This document shows, piece by piece, positions 1 to 45,492 of a stretch of DNA of 64,000 nt (position 1 is the stretch's first letter; every line of letters starts with the position of its first letter). The DNA comes from the human T2T-CHM13v2.0 reference genome, Homo sapiens, in the NCBI RefSeq assembly GCF_009914755.1, contig NC_060925.1; one strand, written 5' to 3'. The translations under genes were made by a program, and so were the position numbers. A model generated the notes under the pieces. The model did no database searches. It was not told the origin of the DNA and worked only from the letters and a program-made list of their open reading frames with translations.

Positions 1-586
1 TTGAAGTAGGAAACCCAGCTCTGCATCTGTGCCTCTCAGCTGGAGAGCTGCAGAGTGTGTGGCCCAGGGGAGGCTGGTCAGCAGTGACTCTTCTGATGGA
101 TGAAGAAGCCCCGTGGGCCACATGGAGAATCTGTTACAGGCCTTAGAAGCACTGGGGGTTTCCAGTGATGTTAGAGGGATGTGATTTAGAGACTAGTGAA
201 ACTTTCCCAGCCCTGTCTTACCCAGAGGAAGAAGTAAAGTGCCCCTGCTGTCTCTCGAGATAAATATAAGTATAAAGTTTAAGGAACAAAGCTTTAGGGT
301 TAGTGTGTATATATGTGTATATTAATGACTCGCTATAGGATTTTTCTTCTTAAACTCAGAAAGCCTAGGTAGGGTGAACAATTGAGTGATCACGCATCTG
401 CTGACTGTATTTCTGCAAGCTTTTATTTTCACCAAGTTTGGTTGCATCCATCTGCTGTGGAAAGATTTTTAAAAAGTAATTCGGCTTGGCTTCTCTGCAA
501 CAGAGCTTTGGGAACACTGCCAGCAGCCCACTCTCTTTTCATGTGAGTTTTAAAGGATCCCTGCTATGTCTTCCTTTGTTTCCCAG

Positions 587-27650
<27,064 letters not shown>

Positions 27651-29145
27651 CAATCTCCTCACCTCCACGCCAAGATGAGATCTGGGAGCTACAGAATGTT
27701 CTGGAAAGAAAAAGAACCGGCTTAAAACCCACAGCAAGAGACCTCCCTTGTGTTTGTGCTTTGTGCAGAGTTGTTTGAGTCATTTCCTGCCTGTCGACAT
27801 GGTTAAAAACGAGAGAAACAACAACACAGTCACATTTGTGAAGATGTGAGGCTGGTTCTGAAATGGAGGGGAAATAAGCCTGATGAACAGACCTGCCATA
27901 ACACTAATGGAAGGTAACAGAAGGCGAACCTCCAAACACAGAGACGGAACCTGCAAGTGAAGCTGAGCCAGAGGAATGTTCCAAAGAGCCAGAAGCATTC
28001 AGCTCTCCTTAACTGGAAGAGAGAAAAATCTGCTCACCCAGAGACTGGAATGTGGCACATGCAGATACAAATGTGTGCATTGAAGATTTCGCTTTGTTTC
28101 TTAGCGGTACCTGGATACCACAGTTGCTGTATGGAACTCATGTTATGCTCTAAACGATGCATCTCAGAATTTCTAAGTAAAGGATTATTTTTCTACTATT
28201 TATTGAACTTTCAAACATTCTCAAACTTTGGGGAAAAGGAAAGGAAACACAGGAGAAGTTTTCAGCAGTTGCCCCGAGCTGTTTTGTGTGTAATGAAGTG
28301 GTTCTTTGATTAAGGAGCTCTATTTCTTATTTAACTGATATCCCACTGCCCCACTCCACAAAATAGGAAAATGAAGAAATCTTTCTCTCTGACTTGTTTA
28401 CATCATTTCACGGAAACACATCTTTGTTTGTAATGCAGTATTCTTTCTCTGTGTTTGACAGAGATGGGGAGGGGCAGAGGAATTTAAGAGGTTTTAAAAG
28501 AAATGTTATGTTTCTTATGACTTGTTTCCACTCCTCGTACAATGCTATTCTTAGGTTTCTACGAAACCTAATGTTAGAACCGCATCCTTTCAGCTAAGGG
28601 AGGGTTGGATTTATTTTCCTTGTTTTAGAGACTACAAATTTTTAAATATCCCATTTTGACTGAGAATATTGACATATAAGGGAAGAAGTTTTCTAAATTG
28701 TGAAAGTCTGGTTCTTAATTAAAGAATTTTTTTTTTAATATCACGGTTAAAAGCTGCTGCCAGTTAGCCAAGACATTATCCACCAAATTGCTTTGTGATT
28801 TATACAGGGATTAATCAAATCTGGCTACTATAACATGGGGCATTGTAACTTTAAAGTAGTGTTTTAATTACAGTGATGTATTTTAGACTCACATTTTGTG
28901 ATTCAAATATGTTATAAAGGCATTCTTGCACCATGGTAAAGAATGTGTGTGGTAAATCTCCGTTTATATGTAGTTGGAAAAAATTCACTGAATAATGTTT
29001 TAATGATAGGGTATTATGATACAATGTAAAAAACAATTGGTTCTTCAGCAGTACAGAAAGTAAACTATATATGTGCTATCAGGAAACCCCTTCATACTGT
29101 GTATAAAATTGCAATCTAGTGAAATAAACTGTATGCAATGGACCA
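27651..29145 (+). other. CACHD1: CACHD1 3' UTR (~1.5 kb, no recognisable interspersed repeat)
   Basis: Runs from the stop codon to just past AATAAA at 29123; the cleavage site is estimated. Confidence 0.8.
29123..29128 (+). terminator. Polyadenylation signal AATAAA
   Basis: Canonical hexamer with upstream TGTA elements (~29024, 29100) and a G/T-rich downstream stretch. Confidence 0.8.
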
Positions 29146-29639
29146 TTTTAGTGGCTACAGTGATTTGTTAATGTACCACTCCTTGTGCCTCAAGGCAAGT
29201 TACATTCATTTTGTAACCTAGCCAGGTCAGTTGCCAAACTGAAAATAGACCTCCTTTCAATGCTACAGTCAACTTCTAGGGCTTCTTGACCATCTAGATC
29301 AAATATGCAAACAACTTAACAATATAATGGGATAAAAATGTATAGAACATAGCTATCCCTTCCTGAGCATCTATATCCATGTCACTAATAATAAATGGTT
29401 CTTCTCTAACTGCTAGAAGGATTAAATGAGTTTCCTGCCTTCCCAGAAAATTAAACTTCTTCATGGGATACTAGTTTGTTTCCTAAGGTTGAGAAACTCT
29501 GTGTTAGGAAATTGATTGAGGAGGGAGAAGTGCAGTGGAAACTTGGTGCTTTCAAGAAAAGAATCACAAAACTTAGAGCTTAAAAATGAAATAGGTACCC
29601 CTATAGAAACACAATAACAGAATACATTTTGTATCTTTT

Positions 29640-29948
29640 GGGTTTTTTTGTTTGTTTTCGTTTTTGAGATGGAATCTTGCTGTGTCACCCAGGCTGGAGT
29701 GCAGCGGCATGATCTCTCAGCTCACTGCAACCTCTGCCTCCTGGGTTCAAGTGATTCTCCTGCCTCAGCCTCCTGAGTAGCTGCGATTATAGGTACTTGC
29801 CACCAGGCTCAGCTAATTTTTGTATTTTTAATAGAGACTGGGTTTCACCGTGTTGGCCATGCTGGTCTCGACCTCCTGACCTCAAATGATCATCCGCCTT
29901 GGCATCCCAAAGTGCTAAGATTACAGGCGTGAGCCACTGCACCCGGCC
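29640..29948 (-). mobile_element. AluS
   Basis: Antisense dimer; TSD CATTTTGTATCTTTTG. Confidence 0.92.
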
Positions 29949-30716
29949 CATTTTGTATCTTTTGTGGTAAGAGTTTTTCCTATTCCGAACTTGAGGGGAA
30001 AGTAATTGAATGTTTATACCTAAACCAAAACATTGCTGAGTTTTAAAGATCCTGTGAAATATGACATATAGGCTGAAGTTTTGATCCTCTATAATTATCT
30101 TTTATCTAATCCAAGGGTTACATATAATGTCATTTAAACATTTGTTGTCATTGTTTAAAAGGAAAAATATGTTTTCAGAGACTTTTTATCATGGTGCCAG
30201 TTACCAGTGTTTGTTAAACATGAGTCTTCCCTGAGATCCTGAAGGAGGTCCTACCAATATCTTTTCATTCACCAAAGCCTCCTGCTGCCAGTAACCAACA
30301 TTGCTTATCAATGTTGGTAAGTATCAAAGCTAAGGAAATTCCAGGTCACTTTATATAGCTAGGAAAAAAATGTCCTATTGTAGCCCAAGGAAAACGTGGC
30401 TCAGGCTCATGCTAGTCCTCATGGTATATACAGTTCATCTGCATTTCAGATAGGTTTATTTTAGAAATTTTGTAAACTATACTGTAGGGTATGTTTTTTC
30501 CTCCAGTTGATTGAATACTCAACTAAACCTCATTGATAATATATTTGAAAAACTTAGGCAATATGAACTTGTTTTGCCTCTCAGAGTGACTGTTATGTGG
30601 AAAGAAGTCCTGAAATACCACAATTTCATTTCCCCATGGCGATGGACTATCCTAATGATCACATTTTTAAAAATTTATATCTGGCAAAATAATTATATTC
30701 TTAAAACATGCCAGCC

Positions 30717-31011
<295 letters not shown>

Positions 31012-31197
31012 CCCATACCAGCCAGGTCTCATCTATGTTCCTTTTGGTCTGTTTCAGAAGACAGGAGTAGTGATTTTCCTGGCTGAGATAGAATGCCATA
31101 TTCAGAAATTTTTTTCTAATGTTTTAGTTAAAAAGAATTTTAAGTTTCCGTATCTATTACTTAGGAACTATAACTAGATATTTTTTTGTAGTTAAGT

Positions 31198-31220
31198 ACA
31201 CACACACACACACACACACA
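31198..31220 (+). repeat. (CA)n microsatellite
   Basis: About 11 CA units. Confidence 0.9.
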
Positions 31221-33733
31221 TTGAGATTGAGATTTTTCTGGATTTCCTCCATTCTCTCTCATCAGCCCTAAATTGCTCATTAGGGCCCCTTCCTTCTCTT
31301 AATTCAATGTTTCTCATTTTTTATTAATTATTGCTCCCTCCCCTTGAGGAAGAAATTTTAATTTAATTTAAATTCTCCCTAACAAGGGAAATTAAATACT
31401 AGAGGTTAAGGTTTTTTTGGATTGGGTTGCGTTTTGGAGAGCTACAAATCATTGTAATCTCTGTTTCTTTTCCTTCTGTAAGAATTCATTTTCACTCCTT
31501 TATGGGCAGTATCTCCTCCGTTGAGAATGTGTGCCCTAAATAAAGGGGTTCTCCAAAGTTTTGACTTCAGCCCCTTTTTTCAGTACTATTTGTTGCCTTC
31601 CATCTCTTTTTAAGCTACACATGCTTGTCATTGCTTGGGGTGGTAGAGCACTGAGTTGAAAGCAAGAAGGCCTGAAGTTGAGTATATAGGAATGAATGAA
31701 ACAGGCATGATCCCTTTCCACACTGAATGTGGAGATGTAAGTGGATAACAGGGTTGACTCCCCAGTATTGGACTCCCAGGATTGTTTATCCCACAGTTCC
31801 ATTGACTTCAGTCATAGGGTGGGATTTCTTATTCCTATGACAAGAATAATAAATCCATCCTACTTATTTGGTCAGAAACTAAGACTTACTGCAAACAGCA
31901 TAAAGCATTGTTCCTGATGATAGTTAGGGGGAAACATGTGACCTAATTTAGTTCAATCTGACTGAAAGGACTTTGGTTGCAAGGAAAGACTCTGTCTCCC
32001 AGTAAATGTGAAGAAGCCAGCAGGTAAGATCCATCCTATCTGGCTGTCATCTTTATTTCACCAGTGTCAGCAGCTTCAGGGTGACACTGATGCCATGGAC
32101 AGTGGAGTACAGAGAATGAAAGAATAGGACATCTTAAACTGCTGACTCAACCAGCTCTGAATCCCATCCTACCTCTGGATTTCCACTCATGGGCGATAAT
32201 AAAATGTCCTATTGTTTAAGATCAGTTGAATTGGCTTTTTAATACCTCTACTTGAAAGCATCTGGTATAGACATAAAACTAGCAAATACAAAAATATAAG
32301 TACATCTTTGCATAGGGCTATTTGCTGTGAAGGAATTGGAAGAGTGATGGGTGAATTAGCCCACAGTGGGAGTTGGGGGGGGCGGACAGAACCTGCTTTA
32401 GATTTGATGCTCGTGGGAAGCCTCTGAGAGGGTGATGTTGAAGCTGCCACCTGAAGAATAAGAAAGAGCTAGACAGTCAAGGGTACAGTGGGCAGGCAGA
32501 TATTTCAGACAGAGGGAATAGAACCTCCGTAGGCCTGAGCTAGGAAAGCATCAGGTCTAGTGCATTGGTCAACAGAGGGAAAGCGAGATGCAGTGAGAAT
32601 GAAGAGGCAGGAAAATTGAGTCCTTAAGCTATGGCAAGAAAATCAGTGAAGTAAAGGGAGGGGAGGGTGAGGAGATATATATATATCTCCTCACTATGTT
32701 GCCCAAGCTGGAATGCAGTGACTATTCACAGATACTATCATAGCACACTACAGCTTCAAATTCTTGGGCTCAAGCAATCCTGAGAAGCTGGGACTACAGG
32801 TACATACCACCATGCCCGGCTATCTATATTTTCTTAAAGACCATTCTGAATTGAAAATACATTGTAGGGTACCAAAAACGGAAATGTGGACAGGAAACCA
32901 TTGCAGAATTCTAAGTAAATGCAGGATGATGACAGTGAAGACAAAGGAAAGTGGAATGGTGAAACATATATTTTGGAAGCAGAAAGAATAGGGCCTGGCT
33001 GGTTGTGGGCCGGATATAGAGAGTGGTGAGAAAAGGGTTCCTGGCTTGAATGATTACATCACTTGCTGTGCTGGAGGAGATGAGCAGGAACAGTTTGGTG
33101 CAGAGGATAAGGAATGAAGAGTCAATGTTTGATGTGTTTGGCATAAAGTGGCTAGAGGTGTCAAGATCATTCTGCACACCTCCGCCCAATAACAGTAATG
33201 CTGATGTCGCTCATGGAACACTTGCTTTGTAATAGGCATTGTGGTAAGGTCTTTCTGTGTGCTAATTCATTCAGTATACTTTAGCTCTGATTAGTCAGTA
33301 CTATAGAAGAGCTGTCAGTCTAGCCTCTTTCTCTACCTAATTCTCCTAATGGCATGTTCCACAGTTCAAACCCTCCTTAAATTCAAAACCTCACCCTGCT
33401 ACCCCTTGCACATCTCTGCTATACTCCAGCCAGCTGGTCTACTGACCAGAAACCATCTGACTTTCTTGCTGTGGTATGTGTATTTATGTGTTTGATCTTC
33501 TTGTGTGTTCTCTTTGCCTCTTAAGAAAAATAACCACTCTTTTCACCCCAACAAGTCTCAATTCAAATGCACCTTAGTCCATGGCCAGGTTTCTTAACTA
33601 CCCCACTTACCCACCCCTATGTCTGATTTTTAAAGTGAGCTCTGACCCTTTGAATCTTCCAAAGCTCTTACTTCTCCACCAGTCATGAGATTCTAGTTCA
33701 TCTTGCTTGGATGTTAGCTGCCTTTTCATATGA

Positions 33734-34054
<321 letters not shown>

Positions 34055-34831
34055 TAGCCCCAACTAGACATCAGCTTTCTCAGGGCAGGGACTATTTCTT
34101 ATTCCTCTTTGTAGCGCTCATGGCACCACACCCTAGACTTACACCACTAAATTTCTAGAGTGCCAACTGCAGTCATAATTAGTTGCAAGTTATAATAATA
34201 TATATAATATTTAAAGCAGTGAATGAAGCCAAATGATTTCTCCAAATCATATGCTTAATCAATTAGTACAATAGATTTTTTAGTATATTGTACTAACAAT
34301 TTACATAATGTTGCAGGTTTGAGATTTTTTTTAATGTTATCTCTGGTACGAAAACCCTCAACAACTTCCTAAAACATACAGTTTCAGTAGATGGGCCTTT
34401 TAAAAGCGGCCTATATTTTATTATAATAATTTATATGACATAGATGTACTCCTAAATGCAAAAATAATTCCTAATGGCTAATTTAAATATAGAGTTATCT
34501 ATTCAAAATAGTTTTAAATAACATTTCTTTTGAAAAGAGAACTTATATACGAAAGATTTTCAAATCCTATTTCTTATAATACTACTTGTATTTCTTTTAT
34601 GCCATTCCCATTCTATTTCAGTGAGACTTGATTAAAGTATTTTATGTAACACTATACCCACCAGGATTACTCTTAGTTCTTAGGCCTAGTACTTTTGGGG
34701 GAAAAAAAAATTACATAACGAGATGCTTGGCTCCCCTCCAAAGGTATGTTCTTGACTTTCAGGGATCCTTGGCAATCCTTTATCCAGACCCAGTTTACTC
34801 ACTTGCACTTCCCTCTAAAATCCCTTCCCAT

Positions 34832-35212
<381 letters not shown>

Positions 35213-35872
35213 TTAGGTTCTACCCTCGCATTTGGGTAGAAGTCCCATAACTTTTACCCCTACCACATAAAAATTGCTCTCAGGCATCATCCTGCTCTCT
35301 ATTCTCTCTCAGAGGAAGCAATGTTCCTGCTCCCTTGCAGGGCCAGCCTGTACACTTTTGATCTAGTTGCATCAAAAATGCATAGCCTCAGCTCCGCTTT
35401 CCCACCAGTGGTTCCTACTCTTTGAGCCTAGTGCACATTCAATTATCCTCTAACCTAAAAATACAAAACTTCCTTAGCTTTGCTTTCCCCTCACATTACT
35501 GTTCATGTTTCTCTGTCTTTCTGGGCTCATATTTCAAAATCACAGTGTTCGCTCAAGACCTCACAAACGGCCTCCTCCTGTGGCCACATTGCTGCACGTG
35601 CTGCCCCTGCTGAGTTCATCCCGGGTCGTGACTTCCCCTGGAATCTGTAAATGCGCTCCTCCTCCTGCGTCTGCACCCCTACCTCTGCCCCGCTGTCTGT
35701 TTCCTAAAATCCTGCCCCCTTATGCAGTTGTCTGTGTGGTTCTCCACATGAGTATCTCCCCAGCAGTTCCAGCACCAGAGATCCCATTGTCCCTTCCCTA
35801 CTCTGAGCTACTGTCACTGTGCACCTGGACACTGCAGCAGCCTGCCTGTTGTTCTCCTCTCCATTCTTTTCC

Positions 35873-36174
35873 TTTTTCTTTTTTTTTTTTTCAGACAGTC
35901 TTGCTCTGTTGCCCAGGCAGGAGTGCAGTGGTGGGATCTCAGCTCACTGCAACCTCCGCCTTCTGTGTTCAAGCAATTCTTATGCCTCAGCCACCCTCCA
36001 AATAGCTGGAATTACAGCCATGCACCATCACACCCGGCTAATTTTTGTATTTTTAGTAGAGATGGGGTTTTGCCATGTTGGCCAGTCTGGTCTTGAACTC
36101 CTGACCTCAGGTGATCCACCTGCCTTGGCCTCCCATAGTGCTGGGATCACAGGCGTGAGCCACCATGCCTGGCC
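35873..36174 (-). mobile_element. AluS
   Basis: Antisense dimer. Confidence 0.9.
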
Positions 36175-36360
36175 TTCCTCTCTCCATTCTTGTTTCCTCC
36201 AATTCATTCTCTATGCGGTGGGCAGAGTGATCTTTTTGTTATTGAAGTGCCCACTCCTATGACTGATAAGTATGCATGTCACATACCATAAAACTAACCA
36301 CTTTAAACTGTACAATTCAGTGGCATTTTGTGCATTCAAAATGTTATACCACCTACACTT

Positions 36361-36715
36361 TGAGAAATAAAAATGAAATCCTAAGCCCCCACACTGACTG
36401 ACCAGACTCCCTCTTGGCCAAGGGGACCCCAGAGAAACCTTAAAAACTGATTTCCCAGCCATGATGGGACCAGAGGTCCGACGCACCTCAAGATGCCCCT
36501 TCCTTACTAAGCTTTAACCAGAATTCTTTCCTAAGGAGTAAGCAGAGACCAGCTCTGGAAAACAAGAACAGACAACTCATTCCTTCATTGCCTTTAGCCA
36601 ATAATCTGAGGCCAAAACTGGACTCCTCTTCCCTTTTCAGTTTCAACACAGCAAGTGACCAGCATTTCTTACTGACAAGAGAACACCTACCACGGGCTGG
36701 TTCTGCAGGAGATTT
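36361..36715 (+). mobile_element. Partial ERV1-type LTR (MER39-like)
   Basis: Starts TGAGAAATAAAAATGAAATCCTAAGCCCCC...GGCCAAGGGGACCCCAGAGAAACCTT; subfamily recalled from memory. Confidence 0.6.
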
Positions 36716-36731
36716 CTGTCCCCTAATTCAT

Positions 36732-37058
36732 CTTTTTATTTTATTTATTTATTTATTTTTTAATTTAAGAGTTAGGGTCTCACTGTGTCACCCAGGCTGG
36801 AGTGCAGTGGCACAGTCATGGCTCAATAGTAGCTTCAACCTCTTGGGCTCAAACAATCCTCCCAATTCAGCTTCCTTAAAAGCTAGGACTACAGACACAT
36901 GCCATCAAGCCTCGCTAACTTTTAAATTTTTTGTAGAGACAGGGTCTTGCTATGTTGCCCAGGCTGGTCTTGAACTCCTGGACTCAAGCAATCCTCCCAC
37001 CTCAGCCTCCCAAAGTACTTGAATACTGGGATTGAAGGTGTGAGCCACCATGCCCAGC
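36732..37058 (-). mobile_element. AluJ
   Basis: Diverged antisense dimer. Confidence 0.88.
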
Positions 37059-37325
37059 CTTCTCTTAATTTCTTGAGTAAACCTTGCTCTACTCTACCTC
37101 AGAGTCTTTGCACTCGCTGCTCACTCTACCTGGACCACTTCTTCTCCAAGCCCATCTCTCCCAGCCCCATCCCTCACCTGAATAACAACCACTCCTCCTC
37201 AGATCTCCGCTTCCATGCTACTTTCTCAGTGACTACCCACGATACACTAGCATGCAAAAGAAGTTACCTAAATGCAAAACTAAGTTTGGCTGTGCTCCTG
37301 CCTGCTAACAAGAGAGGGAGCATAG

Positions 37326-37808
<483 letters not shown>

Positions 37809-38479
37809 TGAATCAAGAAGCTGGGAGATATGTGGAAAGTCTTGAGGCAGAAACGGGACCCAAGCACAAAGGCTTTGGTACCCACGGAGAAAGGTCACCA
37901 GTGAACATCATGACAGGCACCAGTGGAAGACAGCTGAAGGAGTGGTGAGTGTAAAGCTCCTCAAAGTTTCACTGGAGTTTCATAAACTCACACCTCGAAT
38001 GAGTGACTTGAGGGGAAATCAAGGAGAATGAACCAAGTTCCAACGGGCCAGGGCAGAGCAGAGAGAAGAGAACAGCTGCAGGGATGGGAGAAAAGTGAAA
38101 CAGAATTGAGTGGGGCAAAGGCTCAGAGCCAAGGATAGCAAAGCCCTGATGAATTCACAGGAATCTTGAGAAAGTTATTGGACTTCCTGCAAGACATGGG
38201 ATGAAAGGTCCAAGCTAATTTTATTTAAGCCTCCAAGGACAGCATGACCTCAGTGGACATCTGGATAGGTGTCAGCACCCTATGCTTGATGTCTCCTTCT
38301 TGGCTCTAATCACACTTACTGTTATTTGTTTTATTTCTGCCTCCTCACCAGCCTGTAAGCACTGCCTGGTCAGGAGAAAATCAGTCTTCATGCTACATCC
38401 TGATGCCTATCTCAAGCAGGCACCTAAAACATATTTACTGAGTGAATACATTATTTTTTTGTCTGAACAGAATTTAAAG

Positions 38480-39070
38480 TATATTTTATTTAATTTTTAA
38501 TTTTTGTGGGTACATGACATATATACATATGGGTTACATGAGATGTTTTGATACAGGCATGCAATGCGTAATAATCACATCAAGGTAAATAGGGTATCAT
38601 CACATCAATCATTTATCCTTTGCATTTCAAGCAATCCAATTATACTCTTTTAGTTATTTTTAAATGAGCAATTAAATTATTTTTTCTGTAGTCACCCAGT
38701 GGTGCCAACAAATACTAGATCTTACTTATTCTATTTTTTGTACCCAATAACTGTGTCCCCTTTCTCCCCACCCCACCCCAGCTACCCTTCCCAGCATCTG
38801 GTAACCATCCTTCTATTCTCTATCTCCATGAGTTCAATTGTTTTAAGTTTTAGCTCCCACAGATAAGTGAGAACACGTGATGTTTGTGTTTTTGTGCCTG
38901 GCTTATTTCATTTACCATAATGACCTCCAGTTCCATCCCTGTTGCTGCAAACGACAGGATCTCATTCTTTTTTATGGCTGAATAGTACTCCATTGTGTAT
39001 ATGTACCACATTTTCTTTATCCATTCATCTGTTGATGGACATTTAGGTTGCTTCCAAATCTTGGCTATTG
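38480..39070 (-). mobile_element. L1 3' end (L1MA-like)
   Basis: Antisense L1 3' UTR/ORF2-end sequence (ttttttatggctgaatagtactccattgtgtatatgtaccacattttctttatccattcatc). Confidence 0.88.
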
Positions 39071-39289
39071 TTATGGTGGATTTTAAAGAGGAATGTAAGA
39101 CCCTAAAATAGGATATTTTTATATTGTTTATTTAGCCTCCCCACTGAAAGCCCGCTCACTGCCAAACTGGAAATAGGGTGAAAGACACAATTGTAAATTC
39201 AAGATACCTGAAGTGGTAGGAATATGTTTACTTGCTAGAAGACTGGAAGAGATTGGAGTGGAGTTGCTCTATTTATCCAAATGTCCCAC

Positions 39290-41590
<2,301 letters not shown>

Positions 41591-42835
41591 TAACAAAATT
41601 GAGTGTCTAGTGTTGTGTCTATCTTGATACAATGTTTTAAAAATCCATTTTACCGAAAATTAGACTATCAGTTCTTCACCAAACATGGTCATCCTGGAAT
41701 TCCCATCTCTGCCATCCTATTGTTGATTACCAGTTACCCAAGACTCCACATAAGGATGACCAGGCAGCTATAGCCACACACAGGAACATGGTTTGAGGGA
41801 AGGAATATGTTAAATTTGTTAAACGTGAGCAGTTGGCAGGGGTTTTATTTTTGAAGAATGAGTTGTGAGTACTGAATGGCCAGCCACACCAAGGGGACAC
41901 AGGAGAGGAATTGTGAGTCACTTACTGTGCTAACTGATCAGCATATGTCAGGAATCAGTTTACAGAGATGGGGAGCAGAATAGATTAATAGGAAAGGGAT
42001 ACCATTCAGCCTTTTAATTATGGAAAAGTTGGAAAGGGCAAAGAAACAAAGCAAATGGGCATGTACATGTAAGAGAAAAAGAGGCAGCCTTACAGCTGTA
42101 GTTCTTTATTGGCCTCCAAAGGGCAATGGCCTTTTCATTGCATCCTCTTTTCATATCTTGTAGAAACTGGGATGCAAATGTGGAATTTCAGCAGACAGTG
42201 TCTATGCTAGTGGTGAGGAGAGGGACAGGGTAGATAGATACTTTTCCTCCTAGGCTGATGACTAGAATTCCTGACAAAGTATAACAACTTCCAACCAAGT
42301 TCATCATAACGTTTAAAATATAAAATACTTGAAGGGTGTTATGAGGATTAAATGGATCCATAAATTAACAACATTACCTGGCATTAAAAAGCAATCAATA
42401 AATATTACTTAGACCAACAGTCACAGCAGTAATAATATGAAGAAAAATTAAATTCAGACTATTTTTGCTTTTTGCAAACACTTCTTAGTTAACTTCAGTT
42501 TTTAAGGACTCTAGCCTTTCTCAGCTGGAAGAAAAGCAAAGAGAGAAAATAGAATACTTTCACAACTTGATCCAGATTGATAGGGTAGTTAGAAATTGCT
42601 AGTTTCCTTTTTGGGGTTAGGGATGGATGGCATGGACAGCCTGGATACTCAAGCAGTCCCTGCCTTCGGGGAGGCTGGGGCAGACAGTGAAATAGCATCC
42701 AGATAAGAAGGGTATGAGGGAGGCCACTGGGGCCAGAGTACCTTTGAACTAGAGCCATCCACGTAAGCTACACTGTGGGCTATTTTCTCCATTTCTCACT
42801 GTCCCATAAGCCTCATTCATTAATGGATTAAATAG

Positions 42836-43214
<379 letters not shown>

Positions 43215-43762
43215 TGTGTAGGTACTTTTTAAAATGTTTTTATTACCATAAAATATATACAACATAAAATTTCCTACTTTAACCATTTTTAAGTGTGCAA
43301 TTCAGTGGCATTAAGTGCATCCAAAATGTTGTGCGACCACCATCACTATTTCCAAAACTTTTTCATCATCCCAATATGTGGGTTCTTTTTAATTCCTCTG
43401 ATTTGTGAAATGATAATTTCATGACTGAATGTTAGAGCTAGAAGGAACTTGAAGATTATCTCCCCACCGCATTCGTACAAATAAGGAAATTGACATACTT
43501 GAAGGTTTTACTCAAGGCCACAAAGCTAGATGATGGCAAGGGCTGGAACTCAAATACAGGCTTCTTGATTCTTAAGCACAAGAGAGTAGTTTGAATAAGT
43601 GAATTAATGTCTAACAACCTGCAGAGGTTAATAAACAAAGGCAGCTAATTTTAGCTTATTATTGCCATCGATGGTGTCAATTTTTTAAAGAAAAAGGAAA
43701 GATTTTCATCTGAATATCAATAATATTAAACATCGTGTGGGGGAGAGAACATGTTTGGAAGG

Positions 43763-44293
43763 TGTAGTCGTTAATTTTGTGTGTCAACTGGGCCACAGGA
43801 TACCCAGATATTTAGTCAACCATGATTCTGGGTATTTCTGTCAGGGTGCTTTGGATGAGATTAACATTGAAACGGGGAGGCTGAGTAAAGCAGACAGCCT
43901 TCCATAAAGTGAGTGGGCCTCAGCCAATCCGTTAAAAGACTGACTAGAACAAAAAGCCTGGTCCTCTTCTGAGTAGCAGAAAATTCTTCCTGCCTGACAG
44001 CCTTCGAACTGTGATACTGAGATTTTTCCTGCCTTTAGACTCAAACTGAAGCATAGGCTCTTTCTGGGTCTTGAGCTTTCTGGCCTCTGGACTGGAGCTA
44101 TACCATCGGCTTAGTTCTCAGGTCTTTGAACTTGGACTGAAACGAAACCATTGGCTCTTCTGGGTCTCCAGCTTGTCAAATCACCCTGCAGATTTGGGGA
44201 CTTGTCAGCCTCCATTATCATGTGAGCCAATTCCTTATAATAAATAAAGATATTCTATTGGTTCTGTTTCTCTGGACAATCCTGACTAATACA
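43763..44293 (+). mobile_element. MLT2 (ERVL) solo LTR
   Basis: TG...CA termini; ttaattttgtgtgtcaact start and ggttctgtttctctgga...gactaataca end. Confidence 0.82.
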
Positions 44294-45116
44294 GGATTGA
44301 GTCAATATTGAGGCCCCTGGACACCCAGCAATCTAGGTGTGCTGTGTGGGAATCATTGAAGAGTGTGAATCCAGCAACTATCAAAGTGCCTGGAGTGAAA
44401 TAGACAATAGACAGAATAGACAATCGGTGTTTATTTGGATACCTAAATGACTATATCATGAATAAGATTCATCATTTTCTCCACAGATTAGAACTTCAGA
44501 GGTATTCAAGAAAAGCCTACAGAAAAAATGTTTGTCTTCAGTGGGAAGTTAAGTAATTGACCAATCAAGTTAGTTATTCATTCATTCATTTGTTGACCCA
44601 CTGATGTATTAATCATATATTGTACTATGTACCAAGCACAGTGCTAGATATTGAATATGTAAAGCACAAGGATACACAGTCCTCGCCCTCCAGGAACCGG
44701 CAAGCTCACATAAAGAATTATAACACAGTGTCATATATGTTACCAGAAAGATGGTACCCCATGCAGGTGTGATGAAAATGTACAAATAGGGGTATATTTG
44801 AGGGGCTCAGGGAAAAGGTGGGAGGGGCAGAAAAAATGAGTAATGGTCTACCAGTGACAGGTTGCAAACAGAAAATGAAAAAGAGGAAATGGTTGGGTAG
44901 ATGGTGATTATAGCTCTAAAATTCTACATTCCTCTTGTCTATGTTAGGAATGCTGCTTACAAATGGTGGTAAGAACAGTTGTTCAAGTAAGCTTTTACTA
45001 TAATGCCCTGAAACTACAGATACCCCTAATATCTTATGTTTTTGTACCCCTTTTATTGACTAAAAGTAATACTTATAGAAGTACATCAAGATTTATTTAC
45101 AAGGATATTTACTATC

Positions 45117-45492
45117 TGGTATGGTTTGGATTTGTGCCCCCCCTGCCTCCAAATCTCATGTCAAATTGTAATCTGCAATGTTGGAGGAGGGGCCTGGTGG
45201 GAAGTGATTGGATCATGGGGAAGATTTCCCCCTTGCTATTCTTATAATAGTGAGTGAGTTCTCACAAGATCTGGTTGTTTGAAAGTGTGTTGTACAGTAC
45301 CTCCCCCTTTACTTGCTTCCTCCTGCTCCAGCCATGTAAGTTGTACCTGCTTCCCCTTTGCCTTCCACCATGATTGAAAGTTTCCTGAGGCCTCCCCAGC
45401 TATGCTTCCTGTGAGCCAATTAAACCTCTTTTCTTTATAAATTACCCAGTCTCAGGTATTTCTTTATAGCAGTGTGGGAATGGACTAATACA
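45117..45492 (+). mobile_element. MST (MaLR) solo LTR
   Basis: tggtatggtttgg...ggactaataca; 5-bp flanks ctatc/gtatc. Confidence 0.88.

Noticed and set aside
34263-34296. 11-bp inverted repeat TTAGTACAATA/TATTGTACTAA
   Set aside because: Short, AT-rich and in AT-rich context; too small for a pre-miRNA and plausible by chance.
35505-36005. 166-aa Pro/Cys-rich ORF
   Set aside because: Pyrimidine-rich degenerate sequence running into an Alu; no protein family resemblance.
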